In this document: positions 10,800 through 20,804 of the stretch, one piece after another | How the letters are laid out: each line of letters starts with the position of its first letter | How positions within the stretch are numbered: the stretch's first letter is position 1 | From: a virus | Lineage: Duplodnaviria; Caudoviricetes | Strand: one strand, 5' to 3' | DNA length: 64,000 bases | IMG/VR virus record: IMGVR_UViG_3300032007_000028 | The notes under the pieces: generated by a model | Seen by the model: the letters and a program-made list of their open reading frames with translations, nothing else | Databases searched by the model: none | Told to the model about the DNA's origin: nothing | Translations under genes and position numbers: made by a program

Positions 10800-12144
10800 C
10801 TGCGTAAATCTCCTTTAGATAACCCATCGCGTTTTCAACGTCTTTGTCGCAATACGATATGACGTCGAAATTGTCGTCGTTTATCGCGGTTTCGACCACG
10901 AATCTGTAGATTGACCTGCGAATACCGTCGTCCCACATCCCATAATAATTTTCTATGGAATAGTGATACTTTTCGTTGCTTAACAAAGTCTTCTGCAGTC
11001 TCTTTATGTTCTTGACGATTTCGTCGTTTGGCGTTATCGCTTGATTGGAAAGATATTCGACCAATCTATCCGCGAGAAGTTGATTGTCGTTTAGATTCAA
11101 GTCGAGAAGCTGGTGCTTATTCAAATAGTCATACTGCGATAACGTATAATCTACGTCACTGCTCTTCCATCTCACGTTTACGAAAGTTATCGTATTCGTA
11201 GTTTCGTCATACCCATATCCGTATCTTTGCATAACGAAGCCTGGATATTTAGACTCAACGTATTTGGTCGCATCAGTAGGTGCGATAACGCCAGGACCAA
11301 CTGGTATATGATTGTCGATTATCTCCTGAGACGTTATTACGACAATATTCGGCAAATCAGAAGCGGATATCTTCAGAAATACGGGTTTTGTAAGAACCTC
11401 TTTATACCCATCCACAAGAAGTTGAAGATAATCGTATTCGCCTTCGAGGACGACTATAGATGACTCACAAGCTTTCGGCACCTTCACGAACATACGAAGA
11501 CCACTCTCTCTTTTGAAGTACTCTTCTTTTTTCGACTGCTCCATGCTTTCGGACAATGCGACCTCCAATTCCCTGGGCTGTTCGAACGTCATCCCTCTGA
11601 GATGGATGCAAGACTGCGAAACGACATCCACTTTCCCGTCGGTTGACGCTATCCCATAGAAAGCGCAAATTTCACCATGGAAAGTCAACGCGATGCTATA
11701 TTTTTGACCGAACTTGACGGGAAACGAGAATAATGTGTAATTACCATCGTTGGATTTGAATTCCACTCCATCAATCTCGACGTCGACGTTTTTCGTCGTT
11801 TCGTACGAGAAGCAGTTGTACATGCCCATCAAGTTGACTCCTGTGTAGTCACGCAGAAATCTGAGATACTCGCCAAGATATTCGTGGGTGTGATAGTCGT
11901 ATACGGTCGTATTCGTAGACAGATTGGTCGTTATATTCGCTATGAAGTTTCCCTTCTGATAGGAATCGAGTCTTCTCGTTCCAGAAGACGTTTTCTGAAC
12001 GATGTCGTTTCCGACAATCGCAATCTCACCATTGAATCTCAAGTCTTCCGCACTTGCGTATACTCTGCACTTTGGCAAATTGAAAGACTTCAGCAACTGC
12101 TTTATTTCGCCTACGAATATGTTGTCGTCGTTCAGCTTAATCAT
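10774..12144 (-). CDS. Hypothetical structural protein
   Basis: 456-aa ORF coupled to the tape measure gene and the tube initiator. Confidence 0.5.
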   Translation of the reverse strand: MIKLNDDNIFVGEIKQLLKSFNLPKCRVYASAEDLRFNGEIAIVGNDIVQKTSSGTRRLDSYQKGNFIANITTNLSTNTTVYDYHTHEYLGEYLRFLRDYTGVNLMGMYNCFSYETTKNVDVEIDGVEFKSNDGNYTLFSFPVKFGQKYSIALTFHGEICAFYGIASTDGKVDVVSQSCIHLRGMTFEQPRELEVALSESMEQSKKEEYFKRESGLRMFVKVPKACESSIVVLEGEYDYLQLLVDGYKEVLTKPVFLKISASDLPNIVVITSQEIIDNHIPVGPGVIAPTDATKYVESKYPGFVMQRYGYGYDETTNTITFVNVRWKSSDVDYTLSQYDYLNKHQLLDLNLNDNQLLADRLVEYLSNQAITPNDEIVKNIKRLQKTLLSNEKYHYSIENYYGMWDDGIRRSIYRFVVETAINDDNFDVISYCDKDVENAMGYLKEIYADGNGHILD

Positions 12145-14291
12145 ATGACACCTCCAGAACGCAATGCCTGTCTGAAGTCCTCAGCCTGAGTCTGATTGAG
12201 ATTGACGTTTATCTCGTCAGTAATCTTGCTTTCAATCGAAACCATCTTTTCCGACATCGCGTTCACGTTGCCTTCGAGTGAGACCATTCTCGCGTCCAAA
12301 GTTTCTGTCAGATACTTCAGTATATTGGGAATCACGTTATCGGCTTCCGAGCCCGTCGTGACAGTCTGCTGAGACACGCTCTCGTTTGCGGCCTGCAACG
12401 TTTGTTGATACAAATCGCTCGAAGAACTGCTTCCTATGAACGAAGACTCAGACAGAGACGTACCCCTTTGTCTCGTCGACACGCCTGTACCTCTCGTGAT
12501 GGTCTGATTTCCCTCCATGATTTTTAGAGCACTGAGCATGCCAACGGGAGACGCCATGTTGCCTACGCCAGTTATCAGGTCGCCTATCATTTCAAGTGTA
12601 CCGTACCCAACGAGCCCAAGTTTCATCAGCTGATTGACCGTGGACTTGAGGTCGACGCCAGTACCGAATGCGAATGCGGCTGGTATGGGTATGCCGCCTG
12701 TCGCTTGTTCAATCATCGAGTTGACTTTCCATAAAGCCGCCGCCGCTGGATTGCTTGCTATGTTCGCACCTAAGCCAAACTGCAGATTCTCGAAATAAGT
12801 CGCAAGTCTCGATTGAATCGGCACTCTCTCAGACATCACGCCCATCTGATAGCCAAGTTCTTTGTACATATCGTCGACCGACATCATGTCTCTGGTAATC
12901 GTATCGAGAGACGACGCGAGTTGAGATGCGGCTGTCAAATCGGAAATGCCGATTCCAAACGTATTCGCCAACTGTGACTTCACGACGTTGGAACCACTTG
13001 AGCCCATTTCGACCATATAGTCGACCAAAGAGCGCATCAAAGCATTCGTGTTTTTCGCGGTCAACCCACCTTGAAGCAAATCCGAATATGAAAGATTTGC
13101 GCGACTCGCAGCCGTTATCAGAAGATTCTGCATATTGGAACCCGACAAGGCTTCTACGTTACCACTGCCCAACTGGCCCAATGCTGTCGCTATATTCGTT
13201 GCCGTACTTTCTGAAAGACCGACGCCAGTCAACGCGCCCAGCCACTTCTGAACCACGTACTCCATTTCCGTAGCCATGGACGAAGTCATCTGCGAAGACG
13301 CATCAATCAAGGCGGTTTCAACACTATCGAACGTCTGCTTTAAGTAGGAAGTATCGCTTACGAGTTCGTTGAGGAATCTCGTCAAATAGGCTTCCATGCC
13401 CAAACGAGATGCTGTAGAGTCCGACTGTTGCAAACGAATCAATCTTAGTAAAGTGCCGTTGGCTGCATCGAAAGTCGTCGCGATATCGTCCTTCAACGTG
13501 TTGAGAAATGCACGCTGGTCAAGATTCGTGGCGACGCCTTCCTCAACGAGTTTCTGAAGGTTGTCCATCATTGTCTCGGTTTTGAAAAACCCAGTCACAC
13601 CAACGCTTTTCTGAAGACTCTGCTCAAGAACCGAGAAATAGTTTCTGCTGTTCGTGAACGTCGCGCCCTGCAGTCTTGCGTTTATACCGACTGCATAACT
13701 TGTGTATTTTGCTATCGCGTTATCGACGCCAGAAGTCAACTTGACGAGAGACTGAATCGCGTTATCGATACCTTTGACAACATTCGCTTTGCGAAGCGCC
13801 TTCATCTCAGCCTGCTCTGCAGATTGGAGCATCTTCATCTCAGACTGCGCTTGCTTGAACGCGTCCTTTAATTCTCCTGTTACGTTCTCACCGCGCTTAA
13901 AAAGTTCTTTATAGACTTCGATTATCTGCTCGTTCTCTTCTTTGTTTCTCTTGGCCCTCTCCAAGTCAAGCTTCTGACGCTCTTTGTTAAGACTCTTTAT
14001 ATTTTTCAGTTCCTGTGCGTATATTTCTAACTGATATTTTATATTATCGCGCTTTGTTTTAGCGAGCTTTTCGTCGTCTAGCTTTTTCTCGTACTCCTTC
14101 TTTTTATCCTCGATTTCCTTCGCGCTTTTTAACTGCGCGGTCATAACCGATTTAAGAGCGGCCAACTTCGCCTCTTTCTCTACTGCGGCAAGCCTTTTTG
14201 CCTGCTCTACCAAAATTTCTTCGAAAGTCTTTTCAGACGAATCCAATTTGTTAGAGTTTTCGTTTCTGTTGTCGAAGTTACCTTTGGCCAT
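12141..14291 (-). CDS. Tape measure protein (putative)
   Basis: 716 aa; N-terminal coiled coil, then A/L/S/G-rich helical body; located after tube and chaperone genes. Confidence 0.7.
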   Translation of the reverse strand: MAKGNFDNRNENSNKLDSSEKTFEEILVEQAKRLAAVEKEAKLAALKSVMTAQLKSAKEIEDKKKEYEKKLDDEKLAKTKRDNIKYQLEIYAQELKNIKSLNKERQKLDLERAKRNKEENEQIIEVYKELFKRGENVTGELKDAFKQAQSEMKMLQSAEQAEMKALRKANVVKGIDNAIQSLVKLTSGVDNAIAKYTSYAVGINARLQGATFTNSRNYFSVLEQSLQKSVGVTGFFKTETMMDNLQKLVEEGVATNLDQRAFLNTLKDDIATTFDAANGTLLRLIRLQQSDSTASRLGMEAYLTRFLNELVSDTSYLKQTFDSVETALIDASSQMTSSMATEMEYVVQKWLGALTGVGLSESTATNIATALGQLGSGNVEALSGSNMQNLLITAASRANLSYSDLLQGGLTAKNTNALMRSLVDYMVEMGSSGSNVVKSQLANTFGIGISDLTAASQLASSLDTITRDMMSVDDMYKELGYQMGVMSERVPIQSRLATYFENLQFGLGANIASNPAAAALWKVNSMIEQATGGIPIPAAFAFGTGVDLKSTVNQLMKLGLVGYGTLEMIGDLITGVGNMASPVGMLSALKIMEGNQTITRGTGVSTRQRGTSLSESSFIGSSSSSDLYQQTLQAANESVSQQTVTTGSEADNVIPNILKYLTETLDARMVSLEGNVNAMSEKMVSIESKITDEINVNLNQTQAEDFRQALRSGGVI

Positions 14292-14312
14292 TTAAGCGTC
14301 TCTCCTTGTTGT

Positions 14313-14546
14313 CTAACGAGCTTTCCTTTCTTCGGACTTCTTCTTGAGTTTGTCCATCTCCTCTTGCTGTTTCTTGTCTTCGAGGTCAATCATGTCGAGC
14401 ATGTATTTCCTCTCAAGTGGCGTCACCTTCATCAAATCCGTATACGAAGTGTTTATTCGATGCGATATCCGATAGCATTCCACCACTATTTGCTTATATC
14501 TCGCTGGTCCGTAGGGACTTCCATCAGAGAGATATTGTGGGTCCAT
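14313..14546 (-). CDS. Small tail assembly protein (gp51-like, or frameshift extension of the upstream chaperone)
   Basis: SYTDLMKVTPLERKYMLDMI motif typical of the second tail-chaperone ORF; overlaps the upstream gene end. Confidence 0.55.
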   Translation of the reverse strand: MDPQYLSDGSPYGPARYKQIVVECYRISHRINTSYTDLMKVTPLERKYMLDMIDLEDKKQQEEMDKLKKKSEERKAR

Positions 14547-15276
14547 AAAATTCAGACTGGACACGAAACGGTACGACGCTTTCGGCGCCACACTCTTTGC
14601 ATTCTGCGGTCACCTCTGCGTCCATTCCCACCTTTCTGTTCAACGCATCACCTTTTTGGATGATTGCATACACGTCTTTCATCGGAAGTCTTCTGACGAA
14701 CGTCTCCAACTGAATCTCGTCCAGTCTTTTGCCGTCGACTTTCGCGATAAACGCCATCGTTCCGTACAATACCTCGAAATTGAGATATTCGTCCTTCGTC
14801 TTGCGTCTTGCTTCTTTGGCCTGCTCTTTCACTTTGTCAAGCATTCTCGGCGTCTGCAAAGTCAGAGTTATCGTCTTCTTCGACACAGGCAATTCGAGTT
14901 CCATGCTACCAAACGTTTCCTCGTCGAACTCATGAACCTCAAGGTCGTCGAGGTCTACTGTGGTGGAGACTATTTCGCCACACACCGGACACTGCATCGT
15001 CATGTTGTATTCCGTACCATATGTGACAACTCTCAACTTATGAAGCAAGAACTGATAGTCACCGAGACAGAGGTCGTATACTGATATCGGCAACGGTTTT
15101 TCGAGACAATCCTCGATTATCGTAGCCATCGTTCTGTACTCGGAATCGCCATGCGATAGACGTTTCATCTCCTCAAGAGTAGTCATGCTTCTGAGCGTGA
15201 CGTGAGGGTCGAACGGCTCTCCGTAGACCTTGCCTTTAGACGGCAATACGAATGTTTCCCTAATGGTCGTTTCCAT
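14524..15276 (-). CDS. Baseplate hub/tail assembly chaperone (T4 gp26-like)
   Basis: LPSKGKVY, RSMTTLEE, LRVVTYG, CPVC and CKEC zinc-knuckle motifs. Confidence 0.75.
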   Translation of the reverse strand: METTIRETFVLPSKGKVYGEPFDPHVTLRSMTTLEEMKRLSHGDSEYRTMATIIEDCLEKPLPISVYDLCLGDYQFLLHKLRVVTYGTEYNMTMQCPVCGEIVSTTVDLDDLEVHEFDEETFGSMELELPVSKKTITLTLQTPRMLDKVKEQAKEARRKTKDEYLNFEVLYGTMAFIAKVDGKRLDEIQLETFVRRLPMKDVYAIIQKGDALNRKVGMDAEVTAECKECGAESVVPFRVQSEFYGPTISL

Positions 15277-15305
15277 GTCTTTTATATCCCTTCAATCAAA
15301 TAAAT

Positions 15306-15500
15306 TTAGCAATCTGCGTCTGAATCGCGATTCTTTTCCGAGAAGTACTTTTCGAGTATATAGCGTATCGTGGCAGAGAACGAAAACTCCTTTTCGTACG
15401 CTTCCTCTCGCACCATTTGACGCAGTCTCTCCGACATTGCCAAAGCCACTATCTTGGGCTTGCTTTCTTCGTTTGTCTTCTCAACGGTCTCCAAATTCAT
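15306..15500 (-). CDS. Ribbon-helix-helix (CopG/Arc-like) DNA-binding protein
   Basis: IVALAMSERLRQMVREEAYEKEFSFSATIRYILEKY beta-helix-helix pattern. Confidence 0.6.
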   Translation of the reverse strand: MNLETVEKTNEESKPKIVALAMSERLRQMVREEAYEKEFSFSATIRYILEKYFSEKNRDSDADC

Positions 15501-15560
15501 AACACATAAAACCTTTCTATTGAATTTAGCAGATTTTTATAAATTTATAAACGTCTTTAG

Positions 15561-15588
15561 AAAAGAAAAAGATGGCCAATGCCATCTT
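15561..15588 (-). terminator. Intrinsic terminator after tail tube gene
   Basis: AAGATGGC-ATTG-GCCATCTT hairpin followed by a U-tract on the minus strand. Confidence 0.6.
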
Positions 15589-15605
15589 AATCAGTTTGGA
15601 TTCGT

Positions 15606-16217
15606 TTACGCGCCTTCGTCTTCGAGGTTCGTGTATTCGGAAGAGTCGAGAAGATACGCCCTGTCGAACACAATCGTCGCGGTGACGGTTCTCTTTCCTT
15701 CTTCTTCGTTGGAGAACGCGCCTTCCTGAACTTCGCTGACCCATGCGCCTTCGATTACCCATTCACGAAGGATTTCCTTATAATCGGGAGTGAACTCGAT
15801 GAGTCTGCATTCCTTCTTGTAGTTCGTCGCGCGATTCACGTGACCATTACGCACATTGTAAGCAAGGGCCTGCCACGCCATGATTGCGTCTTTGGTTCTC
15901 GCGCCCATGTAGTCGTTGACGACGAGAGGAAGGTCGTTGAATCTGGGAGTGCCAGCGAACTTGATTGTGTCGTTGCCACGCTTCACTTCAATCTGACCCA
16001 CGGAATAGTGAGGGACCGAAGAACTGACGACGGAAACGCGAATCGTTTCCTGAGCGTTCGTTATGTAATCGTTGGAACCATGTTCGACCGCATCATCGAG
16101 ACCAGATTTCAGAAGGTCTCCGATGCCGGTTGCTACGAATTCGAAGTTGTTGCTACGTGCGGGCTCATACAGCTGAGGGTTATCGGCTAAATGCCATGCA
16201 CCGTGTTGTTTTGCCAT
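15606..16217 (-). CDS. Tail tube protein (T4 gp19-like)
   Basis: YEPARSNNF, IKFAG, YKKE...WVIEGAW...TATIVFDRA; directly after the sheath gene. Confidence 0.8.
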   Translation of the reverse strand: MAKQHGAWHLADNPQLYEPARSNNFEFVATGIGDLLKSGLDDAVEHGSNDYITNAQETIRVSVVSSSVPHYSVGQIEVKRGNDTIKFAGTPRFNDLPLVVNDYMGARTKDAIMAWQALAYNVRNGHVNRATNYKKECRLIEFTPDYKEILREWVIEGAWVSEVQEGAFSNEEEGKRTVTATIVFDRAYLLDSSEYTNLEDEGA

Positions 16218-16236
16218 ATCGTGTCTGTCCTCCAGG

Positions 16237-17457
16237 TTATTCGACTATGTCAAGCGAATCGGAAAGGTAGATTTCAAGTTCGAAGTCTTCGACGGCCTCA
16301 ATGGCTGAAATGATGAGTCTGCCATGAACTCTGCCCTTCTTGTCAGTGCCAAGTCTGACGAGTTTGTAGAAGTTGATTCCTTCATTGCTCTTCATGCGTT
16401 CGAGCAGAGGGATTATCTGAGATGTGAAGTTGACCCAGAGAACGTAGTCGTTCTGCTCATATCTGTAAAGATTGGCCGCTTCGTACATCGTCTTGTTTAT
16501 TTCAGAAACGAGATTTCTAACGTTGAGGAACGAGGAAGCGATAATGCCTCTTGTTGCATCATTTTCACGCATCGTTCTGTTGCCGTTTATGATGTAACCG
16601 GTGGGTCTGACATACGAAATGGGGTTGATTGCGATACCTACGTTATCGCCCGTTTCGTCCAAATCGACTGCACCATCAGAAGCACGCGCTTGAAGTTGTT
16701 CGACGTCTGCCGTAGTATACTTGTATTTGACTGCGCCAAGTTCGGGTATTATACCACGGAACGAACCGGCAATCGCGAACCAAGACGGATTGGTCTTGAT
16801 GCTTCTTGCATAAGCCAGCAAATAACCTGCGGAAGCCGGTAATTCGCACGACGCGCCGTCGATGTTCGCATCGAACCAGGGAGTGAATGCGGCCGCGAAG
16901 GAGTTTGGGTCCGTCGTGGTCTTGATTCCGTAAGTTGCTATATCTGCCGTCTCTAACTTCAACCCTTCGAAGACTGCTCGAATAGCTTCCACCTGAGTCT
17001 TTCCGCTTGCCGGAGTAACAGATTTCGCGTGGTCGAGAAGAGCTATGCAATCGCCTCTTTTCGCGGCGCAAGCAATCATGTCCTTTGACGGGCAAGCAAA
17101 AGCGCCTGTCGTCAGGAATCTTATGTCATAGAGGTTTCTGTCCTCAAGTCTTTTCCAGTCGTTTGCTGATATGCTTATAGAATAATCGCCGTCTACCACT
17201 GGCTGACTGGCAACGAATCCCTGAAACAGAACCTTGAGTCCCAATCTAATCAACCTCTTGGCCAATATGTAAGAATAACTCTGATTCTTTGCGCCTGCCT
17301 TAACGATGCCAGGCACTGCGTCAAGCTGAGCGACCGTCTCACAAAGAGTCGGCTCCACTGCGGAAGTCGTTGCGCCAGGAACGTAAACCACGTTAGACGC
17401 AAGCACAAACGGGGCTAGACCTGTAGAATCTATTTCCTTTATTTGGGTCTTAGGCAT
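16237..17457 (-). CDS. Tail sheath protein
   Basis: RGDCIALLD, WFAIAGSFRG, INPI, GNRT, LNVRNL sheath motifs. Confidence 0.88.
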   Translation of the reverse strand: MPKTQIKEIDSTGLAPFVLASNVVYVPGATTSAVEPTLCETVAQLDAVPGIVKAGAKNQSYSYILAKRLIRLGLKVLFQGFVASQPVVDGDYSISISANDWKRLEDRNLYDIRFLTTGAFACPSKDMIACAAKRGDCIALLDHAKSVTPASGKTQVEAIRAVFEGLKLETADIATYGIKTTTDPNSFAAAFTPWFDANIDGASCELPASAGYLLAYARSIKTNPSWFAIAGSFRGIIPELGAVKYKYTTADVEQLQARASDGAVDLDETGDNVGIAINPISYVRPTGYIINGNRTMRENDATRGIIASSFLNVRNLVSEINKTMYEAANLYRYEQNDYVLWVNFTSQIIPLLERMKSNEGINFYKLVRLGTDKKGRVHGRLIISAIEAVEDFELEIYLSDSLDIVE

Positions 17458-17526
17458 CTCTAATTCTCCTTATCTTGTTGAATAAAACAATTGTACTGCT
17501 TATCAATCATCTAATTTAGCAGAACG

Positions 17527-18195
17527 TCATTTGACGTTTAAATCCACAGTTTCTACTGTGTTTTCTACGCCATTCCCGTTCTTCAGTTCGATAGTGAAGT
17601 CGCCCATGCCAACATACGGCTTATTAGGTATGCTGAACAAGTACGCATTGTCAATCATCAGACCTATCGTGTATCTCGTGAACTGAGATGGGAACAATCT
17701 TTGTGGGATGTCGCTGTTGTCGCTTATGGTAGACGACATATACACCGTTGATTCGTGATGTATGTTCGCCCCGTTGTAAGGCAACGTAATCGTGACGTTG
17801 GGATAATTTACGAAATTGAATACGAAGTTGCGCAGATATTCGTCCGCGTCCACCATATCCCTCGTGTATATGTCGAGCTGATACGTCAATCTTATCGGTA
17901 TCGCGTTCAGTTTGAATCCCGACTCGAACCTCACTTCTTTACCAGTTTTGTCGTCGTATGCCCTTATCGACATGCCGTCATACGACATCGGTCTTTTCCT
18001 GGTGTTGAGCACCTCGATGTCCCTGTCGCGTGACAACGCTATTATGGGAAGATGTATTGGCGCGTCTTTGGCATCATCGGCCTTCATTGAGAACAGTCTT
18101 GCCGTCTCGTCGGGCTTCAGCACGCGAATCGTGTCGTCTTTGAGCCAGCTCTGTATCTTATTCGCCAAAGCTTCGTCGTAGTATCTAATCGCCAT
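17527..18195 (-). CDS. Tail terminator/completion protein (gp15-like)
   Basis: LPIIALSR...AIPIRLTYQLDIYTR; upstream of the sheath gene. Confidence 0.6.
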   Translation of the reverse strand: MAIRYYDEALANKIQSWLKDDTIRVLKPDETARLFSMKADDAKDAPIHLPIIALSRDRDIEVLNTRKRPMSYDGMSIRAYDDKTGKEVRFESGFKLNAIPIRLTYQLDIYTRDMVDADEYLRNFVFNFVNYPNVTITLPYNGANIHHESTVYMSSTISDNSDIPQRLFPSQFTRYTIGLMIDNAYLFSIPNKPYVGMGDFTIELKNGNGVENTVETVDLNVK

Positions 18196-18587
18196 TACGC
18201 GTCACCACCTTTCAACAAGAACAGTCTGTTCATCGATGTCCAATTGTTCTGCAGAAACGACAGCGCGTTGGACATCAAATGCGTTCCACGAGTCGTCAAA
18301 TCCCCGTCTTCGAGAAAGCCTATCAGCTTATCGAGTGACTCGCCTGTCTCGCTCTCAATCGCGTTCTTGCGAACACCGATTTTATACCCACTTGACGTTT
18401 TCTCTATAAACGAGTCTGCGTCTATTTGATTCAACACGTCGAACGGGTCTACGTTGAACCTTCTCTTGAACTCGACCTGCATTCTCACGTTGTTCACCAA
18501 CTCAAGTTTCGCTTGCGTGGCTATCAACTTTGGGACGAAATCGTAAATGAACTTCGTACTTTGTTTGCTGTCGACGATGAGTTTCAT
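18195..18587 (-). CDS. Hypothetical protein (neck/tail completion region)
   Basis: Likely start MKLIVDS overlapping the upstream stop codon. Confidence 0.5.
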   Translation of the reverse strand: MKLIVDSKQSTKFIYDFVPKLIATQAKLELVNNVRMQVEFKRRFNVDPFDVLNQIDADSFIEKTSSGYKIGVRKNAIESETGESLDKLIGFLEDGDLTTRGTHLMSNALSFLQNNWTSMNRLFLLKGGDA

Positions 18588-19087
18588 TGTCCGTCTTCCT
18601 CGTCCACGAGAAGGCTGAAGTCGTTGTCCACATGCGACAACTGCGATTTCTCGAAGTCCGATTCCCAAATGGGACCTATCTCGCACGAAACGGATGCGGG
18701 ATAAACGGATATCGTGCTCATTCTGATGACTCTGAACAGTCTTCCCTGCGTATTGTCGATGCCACTTGGTACGATGAACAACGAGCCAACCTGAAGACCT
18801 TCGAGGTCATACGGTACATGTATTATCGAACGCTCTTCCTGAAGTTCTGAGTTCCAACCCATCTTGCGCATCGTCCATATCGTCGGATGCTCATCGAATA
18901 TGCACCCAACCGGGACAGGCTCAAAATAGTATGACGACAGTTCGCCGTAGCCGTCATAATGCTTGTCCGGTCTCGGTGCACGATGAAGTACGCGTATGCC
19001 TATCGTATCGCACATCTGCTTGAAATACAGTCTGTGCAGTTTTATGTTAGTCGGGTTCAGCAAGAACCCTGTGTCTTGCTTTTCCAT
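18584..19087 (-). CDS. Neck/head-closure protein (gp14-like, putative)
   Basis: Size and synteny; DGYGE...MRKMGW motif. Confidence 0.5.
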   Translation of the reverse strand: MEKQDTGFLLNPTNIKLHRLYFKQMCDTIGIRVLHRAPRPDKHYDGYGELSSYYFEPVPVGCIFDEHPTIWTMRKMGWNSELQEERSIIHVPYDLEGLQVGSLFIVPSGIDNTQGRLFRVIRMSTISVYPASVSCEIGPIWESDFEKSQLSHVDNDFSLLVDEEDGQ

Positions 19088-19103
19088 AGACTTTACTTAA
19101 AGA

Positions 19104-20786
19104 TTACGCCTTACGCGAAACCTTCCCCTTCAGTTTGAAGACTTCGTTCTCGTATTCGCCAGGAGCACGATACGGCATCTCATACGAAATGGATTCTACG
19201 ACGAGGGAACCATCGCGAACTTTGTATTCGAACGAGAACTTGTCACCTTCTTTGAACGTCTTGGAAACGCTTTCGCAGAGGTTCTTGCCCTTGTTTCCGA
19301 ATTCGAACGACACCGTACGAGTCTTATTGCCCTTTGCGAAACCTATTTCGCCCTCCACGATGATATTCGTACCGTCAGTGGAAACGCTCTTCGTCTCGAA
19401 CGTCTTGACGTTTTCGTAGATTTCCGTGAGCGCGTCTTCCATGAGTCGGTTGAACGACTTGTCGTCGAAGTCAAGCGATTCGAATTCGACTTCGTTCTCG
19501 TCATCTATCTCAATCTTCTCTTCCTCTTCTTCGGGCTTTTCGGGCTCTATGTCGGGCAAATCGACTTCCTTTCCAGTCGTGGAATCGTCTTCTATTTCAG
19601 GCTCAACGCTAAGTTCAGCGACTTGGCCGACAAGACCATAACCGTCTTCCGAACCGCAGTGGGGGCACGCTTCGCCTTCGTTGTAGATGTCGGAATCCTC
19701 TGCTTTTACCAGAGCGTCGGGTTTCTTGTAAATCAACGTTCTGCATACCGGGCATTGAAGTATTGCGTTGCCCACGTAAGAGTCTTTCAGATTATCGATT
19801 GAGTCAGCGTCGACGTCGACGATTCTCTCAACGGTGTCTTCCTCTTCCTTTTCGAGGGTTTCCTTGGCTTTCACAACTTCGTCTTTGTCGTTTAGATTCG
19901 CTTTGACGCCAAGCGAGACGTTGTCTTCCAATGCTTCTTTCACGGATTCGTACACTTCAGTTTCGTACATCTTCGCGAGGTCGTTCTTCGAACCTATCTC
20001 GAAGCCGTTCTGACGAAGGAACTCCTTGACGTGTCTGAGTGTGGTGGGAGAAGAGAACCAGCCGTAGTAACCGCGTCTGAGCAACGTCGCTTTGCCGTTC
20101 TCGACTTTCGCAACAGGAGTGTTGTAAGACCACAGTATTTTGGTACCGTCGGGCTTCTCTTCGACGCGAGCTTTTCCGTAGAACGACTTTCTGCTGTCGT
20201 ATTCTGGATTCAATTTGACAACGGGTTCTTCGACCAATTCGACGCCTTCTTTCACGGGCTTGACAGAGAACGTCGCGACACCGTACTTACCGTACTTGTC
20301 TTTTAATTCCTTCGCTTTCTTCTCAGCCTCTTCTTTAGAAAGACCCTTTGCGACGAAACCTATCTGCAGATTGCCATCGTATTTCTTTGCTTCGACATCC
20401 TGCCACACACCGAATTCTCCAGCGCCTTCTCTGAGCAAAGTCGCGTCTTTGATGAATTTCTTCTTGTCGACTTTGACTATTTCGCCGTTTTCGTCTTTTA
20501 AGTAGATTTCGTCAGAATAGCCTATCTTGTGATTGCCGTTCTCATCTGTAGTGATGGTGTATTTTTTGCCGTCGATGTCGACCTTATCGCCTGTGCGGGC
20601 ATACGAATAGGCATGACCCTTCTCGTATTTGTCTTTATCGGTCAAGTCTATCTCAAAAGTTCTCGACTTAACGTCTTCGGTAAGTTTCTTCTTTCTCTTG
20701 TTCGTCAGAGACTCTATATACGCTTCCTCTTCGTCACCAATGTCGTCCATCGATGCGAATGCATATTTCATCCCAAATAATGCCAT
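19104..20786 (-). CDS. Acidic multi-module protein with Zn-finger (putative internal head protein)
   Basis: CPVC...CPHC; modules separated by LTE/LRE/VKE/VYESVKE linkers. Confidence 0.55.
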   Translation of the reverse strand: MALFGMKYAFASMDDIGDEEEAYIESLTNKRKKKLTEDVKSRTFEIDLTDKDKYEKGHAYSYARTGDKVDIDGKKYTITTDENGNHKIGYSDEIYLKDENGEIVKVDKKKFIKDATLLREGAGEFGVWQDVEAKKYDGNLQIGFVAKGLSKEEAEKKAKELKDKYGKYGVATFSVKPVKEGVELVEEPVVKLNPEYDSRKSFYGKARVEEKPDGTKILWSYNTPVAKVENGKATLLRRGYYGWFSSPTTLRHVKEFLRQNGFEIGSKNDLAKMYETEVYESVKEALEDNVSLGVKANLNDKDEVVKAKETLEKEEEDTVERIVDVDADSIDNLKDSYVGNAILQCPVCRTLIYKKPDALVKAEDSDIYNEGEACPHCGSEDGYGLVGQVAELSVEPEIEDDSTTGKEVDLPDIEPEKPEEEEEKIEIDDENEVEFESLDFDDKSFNRLMEDALTEIYENVKTFETKSVSTDGTNIIVEGEIGFAKGNKTRTVSFEFGNKGKNLCESVSKTFKEGDKFSFEYKVRDGSLVVESISYEMPYRAPGEYENEVFKLKGKVSRKA

Positions 20787-20804
20787 ATCGTTTTACCCCC
20801 AGAA

